This document shows, in pieces, positions 1 through 8,497 of a stretch of 64,000 bases of DNA (position 1 is the first letter of the stretch; every line of letters begins with the position of its first letter). Where the stretch lies: NCBI GenBank assembly GCA_003554615.1, contig PWGX01000003.1:2894-66893 (forward strand), read 5' to 3'. The position numbers were made by a program, and so were the translations under genes. The notes under the pieces were generated by a model. That model worked only from the letters and a program-made list of their open reading frames with translations. It did not search any database and was not told the DNA's origin. This DNA comes from Syntrophomonadaceae bacterium. Its GTDB lineage: Bacteria > Bacillota > Dethiobacteria > DTU022.

Positions 1-136
1 CGGGAAACCCCAGGCATACCGGGCAAGTATTGACATTCGGCTCAGACGCAAATCGATTGGGGCAAGAGCAGAACAGCTTACATTCGGTGAGCAGTTCCAC
101 ATGGACTTCCAGGCCGATCACAACCTCATACTTCAT
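1..136 (-). CDS. gatB: Asp/Glu-tRNA amidotransferase subunit B, N-terminal fragment (runs off the window start)
   Basis: Reverse strand from the ATG at 136 reads [45 protein letters not shown], the canonical GatB N-terminus. It is too short for the ORF track. It lies downstream of gatC-gatA. Confidence 0.8.
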   Translation of the reverse strand, partial: MKYEVVIGLEVHVELLTECKLFCSCPNRFASEPNVNTCPVCLGFP

Positions 137-228
137 AACGACCTTCCTTTCCTCATAACTAAATCACCTCAATACCCTGGGACAGGGTTGGGACAGGGGG
201 CTGTTCTCCTGTCCTACGAACCCGGTAA

Positions 229-1662
229 TCATTGGGACAAGGGACTTTCACCCATGTCCCTGGGGCCGGAAGTGGATCCGACAGCGAGCAGGGTTTTTTC
301 GCTAAACGGAGGCCCGACCAGCTGCATCCCGATGGGAAGCTGATCAATCTGCCCGGCGGGAGCACACAGTGAAGGCATTCCGGATAGGCTTACCGGCGCG
401 CAGAAAAGATCGTCCGACCACTGATCAAGATAACTGCTTTCCCCTTTTAATGGCCGGGGAAGATTTTTAGCGACAGGAAGCATTAACAGGTCGCACTCGT
501 TGAAAGCAGCTTCAAAATGTTGGCGGACCAGTTTCCATATTTTCAAAGCCTGGCGGTAATAACGATCATAATTACCTTTGCTAAGCAAAAATGTGCCAAA
601 GATACTTCGCCGCCGCGCTTCTTTCCCTAATATTTCAGAGCGTGATTGCCGGTACATCTCTTCCAGGCTGTCCGTCTCCCGGCCTTTGCCAAAGCGAATT
701 CCATCAAAGCGGGCATGGTTCGAGGAAGCTTCCGTCAGGGCAAGGACGTAATAGGCCTGCAGGCCTTCACGCAATAAGCCCAGGTCAATCTCTTTTATCC
801 TGTAACCACGACTGCTAAGTTGATCCCTGACCTGTTCAAATATTTCCCGCAGGTCCGGCTCCAGGTGATCAAAGGCTGTAACAGGGTAACCAATAGTCAT
901 GTCTTCAGAACCGGGAGTTTTTATTATTTCTGATATCCCTTCCCGGCAAACAGCGGTAGCGGCATCACGTTGGTCAAACCCGGAAACCAAATCTAAAATC
1001 CCGGAAATATTTTCGCTGGAGAAAGCGGTTACCCCCACCCGGGCAAAGGAACTGCAGTGGGCATTAAGGCCGTAGCGCGAAATCCGCCCGGTTGTGGGTC
1101 GCAGTCCTACCACCCCGCAGTGCGAGGCCCCCTGTCGCAGGGCTCCGCCGCTGTCGCTTTCTACGGCGAGCATACAGATTCCCGTAGCGACCGCCGCCGC
1201 ACCGGCGCTTCCGGCCGTTCTTCCGGCCTGCCAGGGGTTAACCGTAGAGCCGGTTGGAGAAGAAAGGGTAGTTGAACCCTGACCCATATCATCCAGGTTG
1301 GTTTTGCCAATTACCACTGCCCCCGCATCCATTAGCCTTTCAACCACGGCCGCTGTTACCGGGGACATAAACTCATTGAAGGCAGCAGATCCCAGGCCGG
1401 TCGGCAGAACACCATAACATAGATCATCCTTAACCGCCACCGGTATTCCCGCCAGGGGCGGCTTCTCGCCGTTTTTAATCTTCCGGTCAACAGCTTTAGC
1501 CTGTTCAAGGGCATCGACCCCGGCAATGCTGGTAAATATATTAAGCCCTTCATTAAGCACGGAACAGTTCTTGATGGTCTTTTCAATCAACTGGTGCGCA
1601 GTAATTTCACCTTCTAAAACAGCCTCAACGGTCTGATGGACAGTCGTTTTTCTTAATTCCAA
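229..1662 (-). CDS. gatA: GatA-like amidase-signature protein (amidotransferase subunit A homolog) with a degenerate catalytic triad
   Basis: The 477-aa ORF resembles GatA along its full length (GIPVAVKDD, ARFDGIRFG, YYRQALKIW, LPIGMQLVGPPF) and sits between gatC and gatB. The GGSSGGS block reads GRTAGSAG, and the GGS(I/V)R nucleophile block reads SGGALR. Confidence 0.8.
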   Translation of the reverse strand: MELRKTTVHQTVEAVLEGEITAHQLIEKTIKNCSVLNEGLNIFTSIAGVDALEQAKAVDRKIKNGEKPPLAGIPVAVKDDLCYGVLPTGLGSAAFNEFMSPVTAAVVERLMDAGAVVIGKTNLDDMGQGSTTLSSPTGSTVNPWQAGRTAGSAGAAAVATGICMLAVESDSGGALRQGASHCGVVGLRPTTGRISRYGLNAHCSSFARVGVTAFSSENISGILDLVSGFDQRDAATAVCREGISEIIKTPGSEDMTIGYPVTAFDHLEPDLREIFEQVRDQLSSRGYRIKEIDLGLLREGLQAYYVLALTEASSNHARFDGIRFGKGRETDSLEEMYRQSRSEILGKEARRRSIFGTFLLSKGNYDRYYRQALKIWKLVRQHFEAAFNECDLLMLPVAKNLPRPLKGESSYLDQWSDDLFCAPVSLSGMPSLCAPAGQIDQLPIGMQLVGPPFSEKTLLAVGSTSGPRDMGESPLSQ

Positions 1663-1692
1663 TCTTAACCTCCCCTTCTGCGGCCTGATAGG

Positions 1693-1977
1693 TTACTCCA
1701 TGACTTTCGGAACCAGGTAAAAACCGCCGGCAAAGTTTGGAGCAGCTTCCTGCAGTTCGGCCAGGTCGCTTTGCCTGGGATAGTCCCCCTTGAGCACGTT
1801 GACCGCGTCATGGCCGAACAATAGCTGCCCTGTTTCAGCGGTGTCAACTTCAAGCAGCGGATCGAGCCAGGCCAGGAATTCTTCCAGTTCCAGGTACAGT
1901 TGTTCCTGTTCCGTAGAGGAAACCCCGATTTTTATGGCCTTGATTGCTTTTTCAAGTCCATCAGTAACATTATCCAT
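1693..1977 (-). CDS. gatC: Asp/Glu-tRNA amidotransferase subunit C
   Basis: 94 aa. It has a GatC-like pattern (EQEQLYLELEEFLAWLDPLLEVDT...NVLKGDYP...APNFAGGFYLVPKVME) and lies directly upstream of gatA. Confidence 0.8.
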   Translation of the reverse strand: MDNVTDGLEKAIKAIKIGVSSTEQEQLYLELEEFLAWLDPLLEVDTAETGQLLFGHDAVNVLKGDYPRQSDLAELQEAAPNFAGGFYLVPKVME

Positions 1978-2093
1978 TCCTGATCACCTTCTTTACCCTG
2001 TTTGTAATACAAATAATACTCAAAACAGCTCAGGTATGTTATTCTTTTTAAGGGGGCATATACCTTCCCTTTTATACTAGATCGGATCCAATA

Positions 2094-2921
2094 TTAAACT
2101 GTTGGGGGTATCTCCTGGACAAAAAAGTAGACCAGGATGGCAATGATAAAGCAGTAAGCGGCAAAATAGATCAGACGGCCTTTTTTTAGAAAATCGATCA
2201 GCCACACAATGCCGATCCAGGAGAAAACAAATGAAGCCAGGAAAGAAACAATCAAGGGAGCGGTCCCAACAGCAGCCCAGATCTCCAGGGATACTTCACC
2301 GATGGCCAGGACTGTGGAACCCAGGATGGCCGGTATGACCAGGAGAAAGGAATAACGGACCGCCGTATCCCGGTCCAGCCCTGCCCAGAGGGCCACGATT
2401 ACAGTTGACCCGGAACGGGAAATACCGGGCAGGACGGCTACGGTCTGGGCCAGCCCCACCAGCACTGCATCCAGGTAAGTCATGTTTTCTTCCCTGCGGC
2501 TGCCGTATTCTTTGAACCGCTCAATCAAGATTAAGGCCGTCCCGGTAACAACCAGGGCCACCGCGATAAAAGCCGGGGTCTTCATAACATCCACAACCTG
2601 GAATTTTAAGATCACGCCCAGCGCCCCGGTTATGAAGGTGGCAATAATAATATAAATCCCGAACATGAAATGGACCCTATTTTCAGCAGTTTTTTCGCTG
2701 AAATACCTAAAAAAACCGGTCACCACAGCCCACAGTTCACGGCGAAAATAGAGCATAACTGCAAAAACCGATGCGATATGAAGGTATATTTCAAAGGCCA
2801 GGCCGGGAAAATTATAACCAAGCAGCAGTTCAACAATTATTATATGAGCTGTACTGGAAATAGGCAAAAACTCAGAAATACCCTGGACAATGCCAAAAAT
2901 TAAAGCCTCAACTAGATGCAT
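2094..2921 (-). CDS. uppP: undecaprenyl-diphosphate phosphatase
   Basis: 275-aa polytopic membrane protein. The N-terminal motif GIVQGISEFLPISSTAH and the PGISRSGST motif are typical of UppP/BacA. Confidence 0.85.
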   Translation of the reverse strand: MHLVEALIFGIVQGISEFLPISSTAHIIIVELLLGYNFPGLAFEIYLHIASVFAVMLYFRRELWAVVTGFFRYFSEKTAENRVHFMFGIYIIIATFITGALGVILKFQVVDVMKTPAFIAVALVVTGTALILIERFKEYGSRREENMTYLDAVLVGLAQTVAVLPGISRSGSTVIVALWAGLDRDTAVRYSFLLVIPAILGSTVLAIGEVSLEIWAAVGTAPLIVSFLASFVFSWIGIVWLIDFLKKGRLIYFAAYCFIIAILVYFFVQEIPPTV

Positions 2922-3058
2922 TGACTATTTATCCCTGCTTTCCGGCAAAGAATAGGGAAACAGGCCGGATTTTACAAAGAGGTAACGCCCGGATAGGTCA
3001 TTCACCGAACTGGCAAGCTTCCCTGTTTAATATTTGAGCAGTACTTACAAATACTTTA

Positions 3059-3592
3059 TTAACCAAAAGCTTTTTCCATACACTGCTGATGGATTTCGAT
3101 TGCCTGGCCGCCGCGCAGGACAAAACGGATATGTTTTACCTCCCGCAGTTCAGTGATAACCTCTTTGATGGTCCGGAAGGCAATTTCGGCAGCATCTTCC
3201 ATCGGGTAACCAAAAGCGCCTGTTGACAGGGAAGGAAAGGCTATTGAGTCAATCTTTTTCTCATCGGCCAGCCACAGAGCATTTCGGTAACAATCTGCCA
3301 GGAATTTCTCCTCCGGTTTATCTTTACCATAAACTGGACCAAGGCAGTGGATAACATACTGGTTGGGTAAATTATGCCCTCCGGTTATAACCGCTTCCCC
3401 GGGCTTAATCGGCGCCAGGGGCCGGCACTCCTCTTCAAGTCCCGGGCCGGCTGCCCGGTGCAAGGCGCCTGCTACTCCGCCGCCGGGTTTCAACTGGGCA
3501 TTGGCGGCATTAACCACTGCCGTCATATCGTCCTGTCCCGCAATATCGCCGCTCGCACACTCAATGGTAACTCCGGAAAAATACTTTTTCAC
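3059..3592 (-). CDS. macro domain protein (O-acetyl-ADP-ribose deacetylase-like)
   Basis: 177 aa. Motifs VVNAANAQLKPGGGVAGALHRAAG and IAFPSLSTGAFGYP are diagnostic of macro (Appr-1-p processing) domains. Confidence 0.8.
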   Translation of the reverse strand: MKKYFSGVTIECASGDIAGQDDMTAVVNAANAQLKPGGGVAGALHRAAGPGLEEECRPLAPIKPGEAVITGGHNLPNQYVIHCLGPVYGKDKPEEKFLADCYRNALWLADEKKIDSIAFPSLSTGAFGYPMEDAAEIAFRTIKEVITELREVKHIRFVLRGGQAIEIHQQCMEKAFG

Positions 3593-3671
3593 AATCGTAT
3601 ACCTCCCTTTTCCCTAAAGGTATGTTCCGGTTTAAGGGTTAAACCACCGGGCGATCTTGACTATATTATGA

Positions 3672-3704
3672 CAAAAAGGCCGAATATTATCAAATATTCG
3701 GCCT
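3672..3704 (-). terminator. rho-independent terminator after the ArsC-like gene
   Basis: Perfect 12-bp stem AGGCCGAATATT / AATATTCGGCCT (3677-3688 and 3693-3704) with a 4-nt loop. On the minus strand it is followed by a T-run. Confidence 0.7.
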
Positions 3705-3771
3705 AAAAAATATTGATAAACCATTACCTCCCCCAGGGGCGGGTAATACCTGTTATTTCATTAATAATCTT

Positions 3772-4125
3772 TTATCCAGCCTCAACCAGGCCGCTGTATT
3801 CCTCCGGATTGAAACCGGCAACTAACTTTTTATCATCGGTTAAAAGGGGCCTGCGCATGATCTTGGGATTATTTTTGATCAGTTCGGCCGCCTCTTGATC
3901 GGTTATGCTGTCCAGGTCCAGCTTCAATTCTTTAAACCCCTTACTGCCCGGATTGAGCAGGCCCTTTATGCTAGTTCCGCCCCTGGAGGCCAACAGGCTT
4001 AATTCTTCTTTCTCCAGGGGCTGTTTAAGTATATCACGGTACTCGAATTCAACATTATTTTCGGAAAGCCACGCCTTCGCTTTACGGCAGGTAGTTCAGG
4101 TTGGAAAGCAGTAGAATTTTAACAT
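3772..4125 (-). CDS. ArsC/Spx-family (glutaredoxin-fold) protein with in-frame UGA = putative selenocysteine
   Basis: From the ATG at 4125 the reading is MLKFYCFPT-TGA-TTCRKAKAWLSENNVEFEYRDILKQPLEKEELSLLASRGG. This is in frame with the listed ORF 3772..3993. The UGA (4096-4098) sits where the family has the first Cys of the CxxC(R/K)KA motif. Confidence 0.75.
4065..4098 (-). promoter_or_regulatory. UGA recoding site plus candidate SECIS hairpin (ArsC-like gene)
   Basis: UGA is at 4096-4098. A hairpin AAAGC[GAAGGCGUG]GCUUU lies at 4083..4065, starting 13 nt after the UGA. The stem is short, so support is only moderate. Confidence 0.4.
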
Positions 4126-4145
4126 ACCCAATGCCTCCTCTGTAT

Positions 4146-4742
4146 TTAATCACCGATCTTCCAGGTTTCCCAAACCTTGCCCACCAGTTCCGGGCCCGGC
4201 TTGAGGGTTTTTTTGCCCGGCTGCCATCCAGCCGGAGTCGGCTCTCCGGTCTCTCGGACATGCTGGAAAGCCTGGACCTGGCGGACCAGTTCTGAAAAGT
4301 TCCGCCCCACCGGGGGAGTGAGCACTTCCATGGCCTGGATCTTGCCGTCGGGATCGATTAAAAAGCGGCCTCTAACATTAACCCCGCCTTCTTCATCGTA
4401 AACTCCATATAAACTGCCTATCTTTCCCCCGGTATCAGAAAGCATCGGGAACGGGATGCCACCTTCAACCATTTTTGACAGTTCCACTTCCTGCCAGATC
4501 TTGTGGGTAAATTTGCTGTCCACGCTGCATGACAGGACTTCCACACCGAGATCCTGCAGTTCCTTATACCTGGCGGCAACTGACGCCAATTCGGTCGGTC
4601 AGACGAAGGTGAAATCTCCGGGATAGAAGCAGAGCACCACCCATTGATCCTTGTAATCTGAAAGCTTGATATCCTTGAAACCGCCGCCTACAAAAGCACT
4701 GGCTTCAAAGTCGGGGGCCACCTGGCCAACTCTTACACTCAT
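4146..4742 (-). CDS. 2-Cys peroxiredoxin (AhpC/Prx family) with selenocysteine at the peroxidatic position
   Basis: From the ATG at 4742 (GGAGG 8 nt upstream) the reading is [64 protein letters not shown]. This is in frame with the listed ORF 4146..4589. The UGA (4599-4601) replaces the Cys of the universal FTFVCPTE motif. Confidence 0.85.
4570..4601 (-). promoter_or_regulatory. UGA recoding site plus candidate SECIS hairpin (peroxiredoxin)
   Basis: UGA is at 4599-4601. A hairpin UUGGCG[UCAGUUGC]CGCCAG lies at 4589..4570, starting about 10 nt after the UGA. Confidence 0.45.
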
Positions 4743-4849
4743 GTTTATACCTCCCATTTATTATTAGTGTTATTATATTCTATTTATTAATAATGACTCC
4801 TGCTTTTATTAAGAATATTTATCTATAATTTTTAGGGTGGCCAGACAGG

Positions 4850-5306
4850 TTAATTGACCAAAAAGTTCGGCTCCCGGGTTAGAGTCCCGGAAGCCGATTG
4901 TATTGATGGGAGGGGGAAGGTTGATTTTCTTATATTATAACCTGCCAATAATTTGATCCTGCTTGCTGGAGGGATCCTGGCTTCCATTATGGAGCGGGTG
5001 ATTATGGTTTCATCCTTAAAAACGGCATCGACTAATGCATCAATTTCGTCCCCTTCATCTCCCGGTTCTTCGGGAGTTCCTTCGAAGCCGGTTTCTTTCA
5101 CTACCCGTATAATAGTCCCGGGAAACAACCTCAGGATTATAATCCACGTAAGCCTTAACGGAGGCAAAATTTACCGAGGCCTTTTCCACACCATGTTTGT
5201 CCTGCAGGGCCTTTTCCAGGCTCCGTGAACAACTTGCACAGCTCATACCGTCAATCAAAAGGGTTAGTTTTTCATTAACGCATTCCCCGCCTCCTAAAAA
5301 AGGCAA
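4850..5306 (-). pseudogene. heavy-metal-associated (HMA, CopZ-like) domain gene with an apparent 1-nt frameshift
   Basis: Frame A (5055..5306) gives KLTLLIDGMSCASCSRSLEKALQDKHGVEKASVNFASVKAYVDYNPEVV, then nonsense. The expected end of the domain, PGTIIRVVKETGFEG, continues in the other frame (ORF 4850..5167). The switch lies near 5117-5130 (GTTGTTTCCCGGG on the coding strand). Confidence 0.6.
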
Positions 5307-5312
5307 ATTTTT

Positions 5313-5756
5313 TTATTCCCCTGCTTCATCTTCTTTAGATTGATAAATCAGGTTCTGCTTCTCTGCCAGTTCAGCCAGCGTGATACTGCTCAGCTCATTG
5401 TAAATGGCATCTTTTAAGCCCACCCATACACTTCGGGTAACACATAGATTAATCCTTTCGCAGACATCGGGATCGTCCACACAGTCGACCGGGGAAAGTG
5501 AACCTTCAACTGTTTGAATAACCTCATACATGTTGATCGCTTCCGGCGGTTTAGCCAGGACATACCCACCCTGGCTGCCTTTGTGGGTTTTTACATACCC
5601 ACTGATGCGCAGGGGGAACATAACCTGTTCCAGGTACTTCAAAGAAATATCCTGCCTGGAGGCAATATCTTTTAATTTAACCGGTTCCTGGCCGTATTTT
5701 AAGGCCAGTTCAACCAGTGCTCGGGCAGCATAGCGGGCTTTTGTTGAAAGCTGCAT
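5313..5756 (-). CDS. Rrf2-family transcriptional regulator (IscR/CymR-like, three Cys)
   Basis: MQLSTKARYAARALVELA...DISLKYLEQVMFPLRISGYV is the Rrf2 wHTH. A C-x6-C-x5-C cluster follows (CVDDPDVCERINLC). The ATG at 5756 has GGAGG 9 nt upstream. The ORF-track start at 5789 is probably too long. Confidence 0.8.
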   Translation of the reverse strand: MQLSTKARYAARALVELALKYGQEPVKLKDIASRQDISLKYLEQVMFPLRISGYVKTHKGSQGGYVLAKPPEAINMYEVIQTVEGSLSPVDCVDDPDVCERINLCVTRSVWVGLKDAIYNELSSITLAELAEKQNLIYQSKEDEAGE

Positions 5757-5827
5757 CTTATTAATCCTCCTTTTGGACGCCCTGTCCAAAAAATAGAAAC
5801 GGCCCCGGTTTCGACTGCTCAGCCACC

Positions 5828-6763
5828 TTACTCATTAAAAAGAACCGTTGACATGTACCGCTCGGCAAGATCGGGCAGGACAGTCAAAACCAGTTTGCCC
5901 TTATTTTCAGGACGCCCGGCTACCTCCAGGGCTGCGGCGCAGGCTGCTCCTGATGAGATCCCGACAAAAAGCCCTTCTTCCTGGAGCAGCCGCCTGGCCG
6001 TTTCCAGGGCCTGCTGGTCAGAAACCTTGATCACTTCATCCAACAAATCCAGGCGTAAAACCTCCGGGACAAACCCGGCCCCAATACCCTGGATTTTATG
6101 AGGAGCCGGTTCTCCCCCGGAAAGAACGGGAGAGTTTTCCGGTTCGACCGCGATTGCTTTCAAAGAGGGGTTTCTTTCTTTCAACACTTCTGCAACCCCG
6201 GTAATGGTCCCCCCGGTTCCAACTCCAAAAACCAGGATATCAACCTTTCCCTCAGTATCGGACCATATCTCTTCAGCGGTAGTCCGGCGGTGCACTTCCG
6301 GGTTGGCTTCATTTGTAAACTGCTGAGGGATGAAATAATGGCTGTTTTCTTGTGCCAGTTCTTCCGCCTTACTTACCGCGCCATTCATTCCTTTCTCTCC
6401 GGGGGTGAGGATCAGTTCCGCCCCCAGCCCTTTTAACAGGTTTCTTCTTTCTATGCTCATCGTATCAGGCATGGTCAGGGTGCACCTGTAACCTTTAGCG
6501 GCACAGACTATAGCCAGCCCGATGCCTGTATTACCGCTTGTCGGCTCCAGGATAATCGTATCCGGTCCAATCAGGCCCTCTTTCTCAGCTGCTTCAATCA
6601 TACTCAGGGCAATCCTGTCCTTAACGCTCCCCCCGGGATTGTAGGATTCGAGTTTGGCCACAACATCAGCCTGGCAACCTTCGGCAACCCTGTTCAAATA
6701 AACTAACGGGGTATTGCCAATCAGCTCTGTTACATTTTTGGCAATTTTCAAGTTCGCCACCAT
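5828..6763 (-). CDS. cysK: cysteine synthase A (O-acetylserine sulfhydrylase)
   Basis: 311 aa. It is typical of the PLP fold-II CysK family (IGNTPLV...[14 protein letters not shown]...[10 protein letters not shown]...GTGGTITG). Confidence 0.9.
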   Translation of the reverse strand: MVANLKIAKNVTELIGNTPLVYLNRVAEGCQADVVAKLESYNPGGSVKDRIALSMIEAAEKEGLIGPDTIILEPTSGNTGIGLAIVCAAKGYRCTLTMPDTMSIERRNLLKGLGAELILTPGEKGMNGAVSKAEELAQENSHYFIPQQFTNEANPEVHRRTTAEEIWSDTEGKVDILVFGVGTGGTITGVAEVLKERNPSLKAIAVEPENSPVLSGGEPAPHKIQGIGAGFVPEVLRLDLLDEVIKVSDQQALETARRLLQEEGLFVGISSGAACAAALEVAGRPENKGKLVLTVLPDLAERYMSTVLFNE

Positions 6764-6807
6764 GCCTTTCCCTAAATTTCTACTATTTATATAGATTATC
6801 TTTTAAT

Positions 6808-6836
6808 AGTCTATGCAATTTTACCTCAAATGTCAA
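6808..6836 (-). promoter_or_regulatory. sigma-A type promoter for cysK
   Basis: The minus strand reads TTGACA-N17-TAGACT (-35 at 6836..6831, -10 at 6813..6808), about 45 nt upstream of the cysK ATG. Confidence 0.5.
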
Positions 6837-7044
6837 CATCCGGGGGCTGTTTTGTTCAAATAATCCCGTTTTTAACTGGACAAAGCAGGTAAATGTAAAA
6901 AAACCGGCCCAGACATGGCTGATTAGGCATGAAAACCCCCTTCTTAAAGTGATAATATAAATAGTTTTGGTTTAGAGATACAGAGGGGTATAATGAAGTT
7001 AAAAACCGGCAAATACTTTCGACTTTTAGAGAAAAAACTGCCGC

Positions 7045-7783
7045 TTATTTTTCTACTTCAGGAGCTTTTTCTTCATCGGCACCGTACCAGAGCACCCGCT
7101 GCGGGAAGGGGATCTGAATGCCGGCCGCTTCAATGGCGGTCTTTATTATCCACAGCAGCTCCCGTTTAACAGTGTACCATTCCGAAGTCGGGTTCCAGAC
7201 CCGGGCTACGATATCAACACTGTTGTCTCCAAGCTCATCTACAAAAACATGTGCCTCAGGACTAACCAGGGTCAGGGGATGTTCATCGATTATTGCCCGG
7301 ATTATTCGAACCGCTTTATCGGCGTCGTCCGAATAACGAATCCCGATCACAAAATCCACCCTCCGGACCTGGTTGCTGGAATAGTTGATGATACTGGAAG
7401 TGAAAACAGTTTCGCTCGGAATCCTGACATAAAGCCCGTCGAGGGTTCTGATCGAGGTGGAAATAATATGAATATCTTCGACAAAGCCCCGGTGGTCGGC
7501 TATCTCAATCTGATCCCCAATCTTTACCGGCCGTTCTCCCATCAAGAAAAGCCCGGAAATCAAGTTGCCTATAATGCTCTGGCTGGCAAAACCAACGGCC
7601 AGGGCAACAATCCCCCCCGGCCACCATTAGGCCGGAAGGTTCAAGTCCCACAGTGGGCATAAACCAGAGCGCAGCAATGACTATAATCCCATAAGAAGCC
7701 AGTTTGGCTATGATTTCCAAATGTTCCTTGCTCATTTTTTCTTTAAGTGACCTTCTCAGCAAGGACCATTTTCTCAAAGCCAT
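7045..7783 (-). pseudogene. MscS-family mechanosensitive channel, frameshifted in a homopolymer and apparently N-terminally truncated
   Basis: The C-terminal ORF 7045..7563 is a typical MscS beta-domain (GERPVKIGDQIEI...G.VEDI...T.IRT.DG). The pore helix (LMVAGG|IVALAVGFASQSIIGNLISGLFLM) is recovered only if one G is removed from the 7-G run (plus-strand C7 at 7612-7618). TM1 and TM2 are not found upstream. Confidence 0.65.
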
Positions 7784-7973
7784 CACTGCCGTTTTCCCTC
7801 CGGTAGCACATTCCCCCCTCACACTTTTCCATAGCCAGGGAGATACCTTCAAAATGCAAACTGACAGGTATTTTATGAGGGGCCCAGGGAAACCCACTTC
7901 CGTTCAGGCCAGGCTGATAAGACCAGGAAATCGGGGTAGCTGTTTCCGTAGTTGTACTTTGTTTTTTATCCAT
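7743..7973 (-). CDS. hypothetical small Cys-containing protein (about 76 aa)
   Basis: The ORF has AAGGAAG 6 nt upstream of the second ATG. I recognise no family. It overlaps the degraded 5' end of the MscS remnant, so it could be spurious. Confidence 0.25.
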   Translation of the reverse strand: MDKKQSTTTETATPISWSYQPGLNGSGFPWAPHKIPVSLHFEGISLAMEKCEGGMCYRRENGSDGFEKMVLAEKVT

Positions 7974-8023
7974 AACCATCTTCCTTTGTCAGTCCTGCCA
8001 GGATGTTTATAACAGGCCCCTTA

Positions 8024-8497
8024 TCAATCTTCATAACCGTTTAAAGTTTCGCACAGGTATGAAGTTATTTTATCCCGGAGCCATAATGGTTCAAGAACCT
8101 TTATGTCGGGCCCCCAGCTGACAATCCAGGGCACCATCTCATTGGCACCGGTAAGAAGGAAAGTTGCTTCAATTTCACCGCTGCCCAGCTCAGTTATAGT
8201 TTGTGAATCGTGAAACTTTATGGCCCGGAAACGTTCGGCTGTGCCGCAGCAGACCCAGATACGGACTGTTTCCAGCCTGGATCCCCCCTCCTGGGTCCAG
8301 GTGGCCCAGGCCTGGCTGTACGATTTTTTAAGCGAATAGCTGGGAGGCATTTTATAGCTTGAATCTTCAATAACCTGCAGGTCGCGGATATGGACCACGT
8401 GAAAGATTCGGTTGGCTTTACTGCTCAGGCAGTACCCGGTCAGGTAGTAATTGTTAAAGCGGTTCAAAAGCCCGTAGGGCTCTATTACCCTAATCAA
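8024..8497 (-). CDS. WYL-domain protein lacking the usual N-terminal HTH (possible gene remnant)
   Basis: IEPYGLLNRFNNYYLTGYC...NRIFHVVHIRDLQV is a WYL domain, followed by a C-terminal extension domain. The ORF begins at a TTG right at the WYL domain, and there is no wHTH upstream. Confidence 0.5.
   Translation of the reverse strand: MIRVIEPYGLLNRFNNYYLTGYCLSSKANRIFHVVHIRDLQVIEDSSYKMPPSYSLKKSYSQAWATWTQEGGSRLETVRIWVCCGTAERFRAIKFHDSQTITELGSGEIEATFLLTGANEMVPWIVSWGPDIKVLEPLWLRDKITSYLCETLNGYED

Noticed and set aside
5055-5306. The HMA-domain gene as a possible fifth selenoprotein.
   Set aside because: The metal-binding motif is an ordinary GMSCASC with two Cys codons. The disruption is a frame change, not an in-frame UGA.
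6764-7044. The cysK leader, examined for a T-box or S-box riboswitch.
   Set aside because: No T-box (AGGGTGGTACCGCG-like) or SAM-riboswitch core is visible. The promoter lies only about 45 nt from the ATG, which leaves no room for a riboswitch.
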